Positions 8,938 through 20,900 of a DNA stretch of 64,000 nt are shown one piece after another. The notes beneath the pieces were generated by a model, which saw only the letters and a list, made by a program, of their open reading frames with translations, was not told the origin of the DNA and made no database searches. The DNA comes from a virus, in the IMG/VR virus record IMGVR_UViG_3300020442_002322, positions 24,808-88,807 of that record, one strand, 5' to 3'. Made by a program: the position numbers and the translations under genes. The stretch's first letter is position 1. The number at the start of each line of letters is the position of its first letter.

Positions 8938-11900
8938 TAGGTAACTCCGTTGTATTTTCTCTTAGGAAGTCAGCTATGTCATTTTTTGCGTCTGCTAGGC
9001 TAGTTCCTGGTGTAGTCCATGTCTGTCCTAAGCGTCTAACAACCACAATTTTTTCTTCTTCTTCAGGTGTGCGGTACAATGTAAGCGTACTTCCACTGAG
9101 TGTAAACTCTGGATCTAGCGTTACATCGCCTTCTGGACTATCTTGATCAATAAATCTAGTCACAAAAGTGCCTGCACTGTCCTTTTTGTCAACTTGATAA
9201 TTGCTTATAGCATTTTTACGTAGTCTACGCCCTGCCATAAACACCTCAAACTCGTTGACGCTTGTTGGAGTAAAATCTAGCTCAAATACACCAGTTGTAC
9301 CGTCTGGAGTGTACACTGTTGTATAAATCTCATCTTTGTATGGAACAGTATTCTGTGGGCTTTGATCTTCTACCTCAGTGCCTGCTGTTAACAAAGCATT
9401 TACTCCTGTACCTAGTGTGCCTCTTCTTAGCTGTCTTAAAGAATTACCCTGTTTAACAAGATATTCAATACGCTCGCCGTTTATAAACACAACACCCGGA
9501 ATACGTGATGTTTTGTTTGGCTCAGCTAATCCAGTAGCACTTACTAGATCAATCTTTGTGTCGTACCAATTCAAATCATTAGCAAGTTTATACATTGATT
9601 TATCATCAATTCGCTTGTAATGTGTTCTATTCAGAACGTCTTTGAATACTCTGTACCCAAATTTTTGTGTAAGTTTTTCACCTGCAAATTCAATAAATTC
9701 TATTTTGTCATTTGCACTAATTGGTTTAACAATACGTAAATAATTTTTATCTTCAGTCAAATAGTAATCTACATTAGGCACAAGTCTATCACCATTAATA
9801 ATAACCCAAACATATTCTGTATCTACTGCATCATTTCTAAGTTTTAATATACCATTGCTTAGATTATAATAATCTGCATAACTTTGTGTGCCAGGTACAA
9901 GAGTTTTTCTTGTAAGCATATCATATTTGGTTCTAGAAATATCTTGGCTATCATGATTACTTAAAGTTGTTACTTTTACTGTTGCGCCTAATGCGGGTGC
10001 AGTATCAAAATATAATTTATCTCTTGATTGAATAAATCTACGTGTGCTATCATCTGCTATACCTATGTATCCAAATGCATACTGGCCATCATTTATAACA
10101 AATATTTCTAAGTTATCTCCTACATTTCCAACGCCCGGCGATAGTGTAACACTCCCGTTAGCACCATTCCATCTATAATCAACATTTTTAACAATTAATT
10201 CATTATTTAAATAAACTTCAACTTCAGCATTTTGTATTTCACCTGCATAAAACTGCCAATCATCAACAGCATATTCTCTTGCACTTGTCATTGTAAAGTC
10301 AATATTATATCCTGTGTCTTGTAATACATCATCTACAGTTACAATAGTGTTTTGTTGTACAGGTAATCCTCCAGTAATTGCACTATTAAGTGTGAATATG
10401 GTTGTACTGCCGTCGCCTGTAAATGTTTGAGTGCTTGTTGCACTATAGGATTGAGATGCACTATAAAATAAACCGTAATCAACAAGTTCACCATTTTGTG
10501 GCGGATGATTAAACTGTATAGCAATTAATCCAGCATCGTCACCGTATGTGCTATCAGTTTTGAACAATGTTGAAGTAATAGGTTCTCCGTTGATGTTTAC
10601 AAAGTGTGTTGCATTGTCTACCCAAGTAACATTTGTAACAAAAGTATTTGTACTTCCATCTGCTACAAAATTATTAATGTCTAGAATTTTAGTTGCACTT
10701 TCACCTACAACAACAATACTTAACACTTGTCCTGAAGCTGGTGCTGTTGCAAATGTAATTGATTCATTTCTATAATCAACTGTATAATTTGTAACAGTGT
10801 TACTTCCTAATTTTACAAATACACCATCATTATTCATAGGTTTCATACCCATGTTAAATGTTGTAGTTGTGCCATCTGTAGTGTAAAAATTACTTTGGAT
10901 ATTACTTGCACCGTCATCTGGTCTATGATAAACTTTTATATCTACTGTATCAGCAATTTTTCCTGGTACTAATTCTTCAGGTCCAGTTGTGTTTACTGGT
11001 GTAATAAAATTGTCACCGTCAACAACTATTTCTGCGGCATCAATACCTTTTGCATTACTATAATTTAACTGCCCGCCTGTAAGTTGTGTATCATAACTTG
11101 CAGTGTCAGGTTTGAAACTTCCATCACTTGTTGTTTTCCTTATAATAAATGTATCACCATCTACTGTTGAAATACCAAGCGTATCTAGATCTAATTCAGT
11201 TTGTCCGGCGCCTGTAATACTTTGCATTAGAGCATTTTTGTTTGCACCAGGATTACTTAAATCAACAAAATTAGGGTCGTCAATTCTAACATTGTTTTTG
11301 TATATGTTGTATGTTACACCACTATCTAATGCATCTTCGGAAGCCCATTCCATAATAGTTGTAGAACCATCTATGTAAATTACAATATCTTCGTAAGTGT
11401 TATCATATAAATCGTATGGTTCAATACCATAACCTTTCGCTTCAAAACCTGCTGTTGCACTAAAGTCGAAACTTTTTACTTCTACGCCGCCAAAGTCAAT
11501 TCCGTCCATTAGTTGTGTTACATCTTTACCAACCATTCCATCTGTTGGTTTGTAGTAACTTTCTATTCTGTCTTGTGCATTTAACAATGCTGGAGAAATT
11601 TCATAATTTACAGTAATAGCAGAACCTACCTTTGGAGGTGTAGTAAACAAAATTCTACCTTTTTCTCTTGTATATGTTTTTGTTGTATCTACAATATTAC
11701 TATAACTATATTCACTTCTCAATAATTCTACATTATCAATTATTATTTGTATCTTATTTGCATTAATTGTAAGTGGCCATTTCAGATCGAAAATTTGCTG
11801 TGCGCCTGTACCTACAAAAGTTTCAGATTTCTTCACACTTAAGATGTATGGTGTGCCGGATACTCTGTCAAATTTGCTAATAACTTTGACCCCTCTTGCC

Positions 11901-14900
11901 TTACCTCTACCCATTACTGCTGTTGCTTTGGCATCTTTGCCTCCATCTTTGATGCTACCGTTGATTACAACTTCTGGTGCAGTTTTATAATTTTTACCAG
12001 GATTAGTTACTTCAATATAACTAATTTTATCTCCATTCAAAAATGCTATTGCAGTCGCTCCGGAGCCGCCGCCACCTTCAAGTGTAATTTTAGGAGCAAG
12101 TAAATAACCTTCACCTTTATCACCAATTTCTATACTTGTAATTTCGTGCCCTACATTATCTCTCCACCATTTATCTGGATAGTCACTAGTGCTATTACGT
12201 AGAGAAATAACAGTATCATTTTTTATAGTTGCTTTGCTAGGTTCAATTTGTTTTGTATTAAAATTATAACGTGGTGGTAAATCAAAATCTGTAACAACAC
12301 TTCTCGTTGCTTCAGTTTTTTCATAAGCACTTACGTATTGACGTATTTTTGTTTTGAACGGTTTGACTTCGCTTATATAATCTTGGAAACTATCAATGTT
12401 ATCGTTTTTATATGTAATTTTTTGTTGTAGTTCTCCAACATTATGAGTTGCATTTATAAAACTTGTTTTAAATGCCCAATCTAAATTAGGCTGTTCACTA
12501 AACGCATATCTTAAACTTGATAAGAACAATTCATTGTATTCAGTTTCTAAATCGTCAACAAATAAACTATCTCTAATTACTTCTAAAATAATACGTGTTT
12601 CTTCCACAGGCTGGTTATCATAAAATTCTGTATCAAAAGTATTTGTATCAAAACCAGTTTTATTTAAATCAGTATTATAAAGTGTGTCTAAAAATTGTAT
12701 TGTAGCATCTTGTTTACCAATAACTTTGTAATTAACAGTGTAATCTTCATTTTCTTGGTTATCAATTTTTTCTAGAAGCAACCAACCGCCTGTGCCTACG
12801 CTGTTAATTTTAACTGTGCTTCCAATTGCATTTTCTAAACCACTCAATTGATAACTAAAATCTATTAAATTATCAATTTCTGTGAATTGATTATATCCAG
12901 TTGCATACCAATCAATATATTTCCAATATTGACTTACATTGTACCTTTGAGAAATAGTTCTATTGAATTTTGTACCATTAAAATTGTACGTGCTCCATTT
13001 ACCTGCAACATTACTATCACTATCAATTAATACAGTAAAGTTTCTTACAGTTAGTGTAGTATTGTTGTCATAACCTTCGCCAGGATCAACTATATTCACA
13101 CTAGTTATTTTGCCAACTTCGTCGATAGTAGTTTCAATAATTGCATCTCTACCAATACCATTTACAGTAACTTTGGGTCCTAGTCTATTTCTTGTTGTTG
13201 TACCAACTACATAACTTGGATCTTCATATCCTCTTCCTGCTTTTGTAATTGCTACACTCTGTATTTTACCGTCAGCAATAGTAGGAGTCAATTCAGCAGT
13301 TTCTCTTTTTGCTGTTCCTACGTATTGTAAGTCTTGATATGTATCAATATTAACATCATACTCACGTCCTGTAATCAAAGGTTTAGGATCATTTAATGAT
13401 AATTTCGAAATATCAAATTCGTCTACAATTATATTATCTTTTACAACTGTGTTCACTCTTTCTATAGCCTGTTTTAGAGCTTCTGTTCTATTAATAAACA
13501 TGCTTTGTCTTGGACTATTTTGTATACCGTATTTTGCTTTTGCACTTAAAGCAGGATCAGGCACAGTTCTACGTTTTGTATCGTAACCTATTAAACTATC
13601 AAACCATTTACGTTCAATATCTCTAGTAGGTTTACTGCTACCTAGACCTTGTGTGAGTAAACTATATTCATTATGAATATTTTGTGTTTTGTTATCTAAA
13701 GTATAATATCTAAGATTTAATGCAATATTTCTATCATCCATTACACTTGCACAATTAAACAATGTATATCTATTCTTGCCCATTAATGCAACAAATTTGT
13801 AACCTTGTCCTGCAGGATTTTGAATTAAATTTGTAACTTCATTTGCACTAATTTTTCTAAAGTCTACCGCTGGCACTGTTTTTTTATTTGCTACCCAATA
13901 AAAGTATTTTGCTTTACTTGTTTTTGCAATCGGATCCCATACTAAACGTTGAGAATACACACTATCATCATATCTAGTAACACCACTTATGCCTCTGCTG
14001 ATGCCTTCATTAGTATCCGCAAGTTCATTCCATTCACTAGGCAATAGATCACTTTGCACCCATTCATACACTTGTACTCTTGTGCTTGGAAATACTTCTC
14101 CCCAATAATTTGTTTGATATGTAATATCATTCATTTGATAGTTGTAAAATTTAGCAGAACCTACATCCCACCATAACTTCCCTACATATGCATCGCCCCA
14201 TGCATTTTCTTCATCAACCACTACATTACTATCACCTATGCTATAGGTAGCAGGATCATAATATGTTTTGAAACTTAATTCTTGTTCTGCTGTACCAGCA
14301 ATCTTTCCTTGAACAGGATCAATAAAATCTAAATCTTCAACAATTACATTTGTTTTTGTATTGTACAAGAATACATTTTTAATGTTATCTATATCAACTT
14401 GGTCTATAGGAGTTCTGTGTTGCTTCCATGCTTTAGCACCAACAGTTTTTCTAAAGTCAACAATCTGACCTATAAACGTAACACCATCTGTACGTCTTGG
14501 CATTGCAGTATAAACGTGGTTTTCTCGTACAAGTAAATTTTTTCCAAAGAACATACTATCATCATCTTCGTAAATAAATTCTTGTGCATAAACAAGCGTA
14601 TCGTTAATACGCTCGTACATGTATACCGCACCACTATCTTTTTGAATTGTTTTAAATCTTGTAAATTCGTTGTCAAACACTGTTGAACTTGCATCAAATG
14701 TTGTTGCAATATTAATATCACCTTGTAAACTATTAACTGCTAATTGATTGCCATCAAAGTTAATTGCGTTTCCAAAGTTTTCATTTTGTTCACCACTAGG
14801 ACTATTAAGAATTTGTGACTGTACAAATTGTCCGCTTTGCAATGTGTAGATATACACACGACCTTGATTTTCTTTAAGTGCATCGTTATATGGTTCGCCA

Positions 14901-17900
14901 ATTGCAATCATTTCGCCATCTTTTGCAATGCTAACACTGTCACCAAAACCTGTATAACTTCCTGTTGATAGATCTAGATACGGTGCTTCTAAAGTTTGTG
15001 AAAGAATATATTGTCCTTGTGGTAATCTTCTATAAATGTTTACAACTCTTTCGCCAGTACTATCATTACCTTGAATACGTGTGCTTACAATCATCACACT
15101 ACCATCTGGTGTTTGATCAAAACTACGTGCAAACTCTCTAATGCCAAACTGCGGATCAAAGAAATTTTCACCGTTCAATTGCTGTACTCCTAAATTTGGA
15201 ATTTTACCTGTGTGTGCAATACCAACATCTACTGTATCCCAGTCAGTAGTAACAAAGGCACTACCGCTTGCAATATTTCTATTAGCTTGATATAAATCAC
15301 CATTGTAATCTACAATCTCGTCTTTAATATAGAAAGTAGATGTGTCAAACTCTCCTCTATAATTTGGATTGATATCTAATTCCCATTCGTATGTGTTGGC
15401 TCCTTCTTTACCGTGCCTAATAAAATGTATGCTTCCAGGCAATGCTCCACTGCCGTCACCTTTAGAACCAACTGATAGAGTATATTTTAATCCATCTTTT
15501 GCAAATTGAATTTCGTCCCCTAGCTTCGCATAATCTGCTCTATCAGGAACAGTGTATGCATTTGAAAAAGCAAACTGTCCTGTTGTGCCTTTTTCATATA
15601 CAGAAAATAATCCTTCGTACGTAAGTCCACTTCTTGATGCCGCTTGACTATCTGTTAATGGAAGATTCTTCACAATTTCCCAATCTCTATTATTTGACGC
15701 AGGTATATTTGGTTCTCTTGCAATACCTTGCAAAGTAGTTTTATTGTAGAACCAATATTCAAAATTAGTAAGTTCAGTTGTTGGAGCAGTTGGGAAGTCT
15801 GATGTTTCTTGTAGGACAATAATTTTACCAATGTTTCCGTATCTAGGAAGTGAAGTTGCTTTAATTTCTCCCATAGGACGATCGGTACCTCTGCGTCTTA
15901 CAATTCTGTTCATATCACCAAAATCGTCACCTAAACACCACTGTCCTGAAACATTTTTTACATAGACCCTAACATCGTTAAACTGTCTTCTATAGAATAC
16001 TATTTCAGCAGTGCCGCCTAAAACTTCATCTACTATTATATCACCAACAACGGGTTCGAAAGGAAGTTGTGTAACAGTTTCAAATTCTGTAAATTCAAAA
16101 TCAATATATCCATCCCATAAATCATATACAGTGTGTTCTTTGTTTATCAATGCACTACTAAAAGTTGTATCAGTAAAATCGGTTTGACCACTGAAGTCAT
16201 CTACAATCATTCTAAATGTATCACCTACTGATAGTGTGCTTGTAAATGAAGCAGGACCTCTGACTGTCCATAGATCGGAAGATTGTAAAGCAAACACATT
16301 TAACGGATCGCCTTCATAAGTTAGTGTTTCCATAAATGCCGCTTGATCATTTTTATTAATGACTCTACTTTGTTGTGTAGCGAGAGTTCTGCCTGCTTCT
16401 TTGGCATCAATTATGTTGTGATAAAAATTAGGTGTAGTTCTGCCACTGCTTGTTGTAAGCAAATCTTGATAGACTAAACTGTGCCCTGGATCAATAAAAA
16501 CATTAGTGCTATCTGCACTAGTTTGATATGATGGAGAATTAATCATCCAATAACCACCTAGTGTTCCTGTAGCATCTTGATAGTCTTCTGTATAGTCACC
16601 AATTCGTAAAGAACCAACAAATAAAGAACCTGATTGTTGGAAGGTTCCATTAACATCACTTACATAAACCACTAAGTCGTTCAAGTTGTTAGAAACATAA
16701 ACAATAGTACCACTTGCAACTGCACTGCTTATAGTTTCACCTACAGCAGGTACATTTACAAAATTTTCTACAAACAAAACATTGTCAACTTTGTTTTCAA
16801 TATTATGAGTGCCAGTGATAAAGTTATTGTCTATACCATTAAACTCGCCATCAAAAGGTTGTACATCTACAGTATCACCTTGAATGTTAATGTAACTATG
16901 ATTATTCCATTTTAAAACAATGTCATCGCCTGCTGTGCTTCCTTCGTATGCCGCTAAAGGTGCTCTTACAAGTACATGATCAACAATTCTGTTATTTAAT
17001 TTATAGTCAGCTGTTTGCAATAGGTTTAATAGACTACTATCTGTTTCTTTAATAATTTGCAAGTAACTGTTAAAACTTTCAAAATTTACTGCATTTACAC
17101 TTGGATCAATATTTTGCACTGCTCTAAATAACACAGGTCCATATTGAACTATGTCAGCTTTACTGTAAGGTGTTCCTTGATTAAATTTACCTTTGTAAAA
17201 ACTTACTGTATTAGAGGCTTGTGGACTACCGACTACAATATATTTTCCGTCTGGACTTACAGCAACACTTTCGCCAAAGTTTTGACTGCTACCGGAGCTA
17301 CCGTCATAGGCATCGCAAAATCCTGTCTCAGCTACAATTTCCTGATCCAGTACAAAGTTTGTGCTGTCACTTGGACGCTTGTAAATATGCACTTCACCGT
17401 TTCCTTTGAAAGGTAATCCTACTGCCATTACTGTATTGTTTTGATTAACACTTATACTATGGCCAAAACCGTGATATGTGCTATCTAAATCTGCTGTGCT
17501 TCTAATAACTTGGTGTTCATTATAAATTTTATTATTTTTATATACTGCCCATTTACCAGTATCGTCATTATCAACCCAAATTATTTCGTTGTCTTTAATA
17601 TTTGCTGTAACATTATTGTTTGCTTCTTTTAAGTCAGCTACTCTGTTGCTTGTAAAAATACTGATACTGCCTGTTGGATTGGTCTCATCATAGTTGTTCC
17701 AATCTGATGTTGACGCAGTAAATTCTACTGCATTTAAATATACATTTGTTGCTTTGTAAAATCCATCTAGTGTTTTGAATTTTTCGGTATTCATATTATT
17801 GATACCAAATATATCGTCTTTTGCAAATTCTGTAATTGTTTTGTTCATGGTCAATGTTACAGTATCGCCACGCTTTTCAAATCCTTGTATAGTAAGCCTA

Positions 17901-20900
17901 GTGTTTTCATGCTGTAGTACGTCCCAAGACTGTTTATCTGTTGCTACCCAAATATAACTAGATTCATTAATTTCATTTATATCAAATTCTAATATCCCAT
18001 CTTTATTTGCAACAGCTCGATTAACATCGTCTCCTGTAACGTACCCTACTGTCTTAACAAATTCTTCGTCTGTATATTTTGTTGGAATACGTGTTTTTGC
18101 ATAATCGTCTGGTGCTAAAAATAGTTCATGGTCTGCAATTCTGTAAATTAGATCTGTAGGATCAACAGGTTTTGTTTGAACTAATTCAACCGGCTGTGGT
18201 TCTAATTTAAACTGTGATTCGTCAAGTTGCCATTCTATTTCATCAAAATTATCAGTAGCACCATATTGTGAATTTTTAATTGCCCATTCTTCATAGAAGT
18301 CAACACTTTCTTTATTAGCACTAGCTAGACTGTCAAATAATTTATCAATAGCATTTCTAGTGCCTTTGTCTTGAATAAAACCTTGATAAAATTTATACTG
18401 ACTAACATCATCTTGGATAATGTTATCTAAGTATTGTCTTTTCTGATATCCAATAAGGTGTTGTGCTAACTTTTGCTGACCAGCGTCAAAGTTATCACTT
18501 TCAAGATCATAAAAGTCAGTAAACTGATTAATTCTATAATCAAAGTTTGTTTTTAATTTTGGTTGTGGTCTTTGATCTAGCTTTTTCCATTCAACAGCAT
18601 TAAAAGACTGTTGACCAATAATTTTTACATTTGCACTGTAATAAAATTCTTTATATTTTACAATAGTTCCAATGTCGTAATCTTTATATTGTTCCCAATC
18701 TACAACTTCACCTTTATCAAAAATAAATCCTTTGATATTTAAACTACCATCCCAGTCGTCACTGATATATCCTAAAGCACGAATTCTATTTTGCTTGTAC
18801 CCTGTAACAGGTTCATAAATGATATCACCAAAAATACTTGTATTATCAAAAAGTACAACGTGTTCATTTTGCACTGTTGGCAAGTCAACCATGTAAACAC
18901 CGTTAGCACTTTCAGCAATATCCATTGTGAATTCATTACCATCTCTATTAATTCTAGTAAATGTATAACTTAGTGGATTGCCAGAACTATCCTTAATGCT
19001 GTAGCCATAAAATGGATCTAGCAAATCATCTACAACATGATAATCTTTACGAAATTTTAACCTATTAGCGTTAGGACTTAATGCAATAACTGTGCCGGCC
19101 GCCCAATTTTGTGTAGTCCAAAACATAAATTCTTTAGCACTTGCACGCCAATCTTCTACTTTTTGTGTATCGTTATTGTAATAATCAAAAGTAAATCCTG
19201 CAGATTCTAAATAAGAGTTATATCCTAAAATAAACGATACAACTTCATCTACTGTTTCATATACAGTTCCGTAAGGAACTTCAGTAATTTTTGTTGAAAA
19301 GTTTTTAGGAAACTTTGCAGTCACTCCGCCTCTGACAGGAAGTGCATCAAGCTCTACAAATTTAGTTGCATCAAATGTTTGTGTGCTTACATGGGCTTCT
19401 GTAACTCTATAAAATTTAACTCCATATCTTACAAACTTGTCGTCTGTGTATCTTCTACCTTCTTCCCATTCAACAAAAGGTTCTGATATGCCTCCAATGT
19501 TAACATTTGGATCACTTTGTCTTGTTACTGCTTCATTAATTTTAAATATAGGATTATCTAAGTTATATCCTCTTACAACATATCCGTAGGATTGTTTTTC
19601 AACAATAACACCACTATATGTAACAATATCTGTAGCTGTGCTTTTGTTTAAAAATACTTGATAATTTTCTTTAGGTAAAAATACGTTTCCTTTATTTAGA
19701 GGCGTTCTACTGTCTAAAATAAATCTAAGTTTATCATTATCTGTATATGCACCTAATTTTAATCCTAACTGAATAAAAATAGATTGCAAATTACTTCTAT
19801 AATCATTAACTGTTTTTGCTCCATTTTCTAAAACATAACCTACTACATAATTTACTAAGCCGCTTGTAAATATTCTTGTAGTATCATCAATTATGTTTGT
19901 AAACTGTAAATTTTTTGCACTTATTGGTTTTATTTTATCATAAACAATTTGACCGCTTAAATTTTTGCTGATTCTTGATAGGTCCCAACCAATACCAAAA
20001 ACTTTCGCAGGTTGATTCAATAGCCATGCTTTAATTATACTAAAAGGATAGTCACTGCTTTTACGCCATGCATACTCTGCAGGACTACTGTCTCCAAATA
20101 CAAATCCTAATTTTGTAAACTGTAAAACATGACCACTAGCATAATTACTTGCCAGCGGACTTATTAAATTACCTTCATCATCTACAGGAATATGTTTTGT
20201 TAATCCAGGGCGAACAAACCTTTTATCGTAAATAATTGCTTTATTAGGTTCTGCAATTTTTCCTTGCTCTAAATCTTCCCAAAGAATAAGATTATTATTT
20301 GTGTAAGGTGCAGGTCCGTATACATCGTCCCACCATTTTGGCTTGACTGAAAATCCTAACATCTCCCACGGATGTGTATGCGGACGATCTGTATCGTATG
20401 CTTCTTGATAAACTTCTCTCCAAAAACCTGCAAGTGTTTCACCGTTAGGTCCTGACATGCGTGAATAGTTAAATGTGAAGCTGTTTGTTTCATTCCAATT
20501 ACTATTTGTTGTATAATCTACTGTGCCTAAGCTCTCACTCCATCTTACAAAGTCTCTGATTAAAACATTATCAATTTGCTTTTTTGTAAACTTTGTATTT
20601 CTATATTTGCTAGGAATAAAGTCTTTTACATTTAATTCTTCGTGTGTAGACACTTTTATATTATTATAGATTCTTTTTTCTAATTCTAAAATTAGATCAT
20701 CTCTATAGTCATTGTACGCAACAGTCTTACTTCCATCGTGTCCTATAATAACACCTGTATCTACTAGGTAAGTATTATCAACTATTTTTTCAGGTGTATA
20801 TTTAGGATACAATCCTAACTTTGTAGGTGTAGGTGGAATATAGTTTGCATCTGTCGATTCATATTCATATATTTCAATTTTGTCGCCCTCAGCTTTGGTT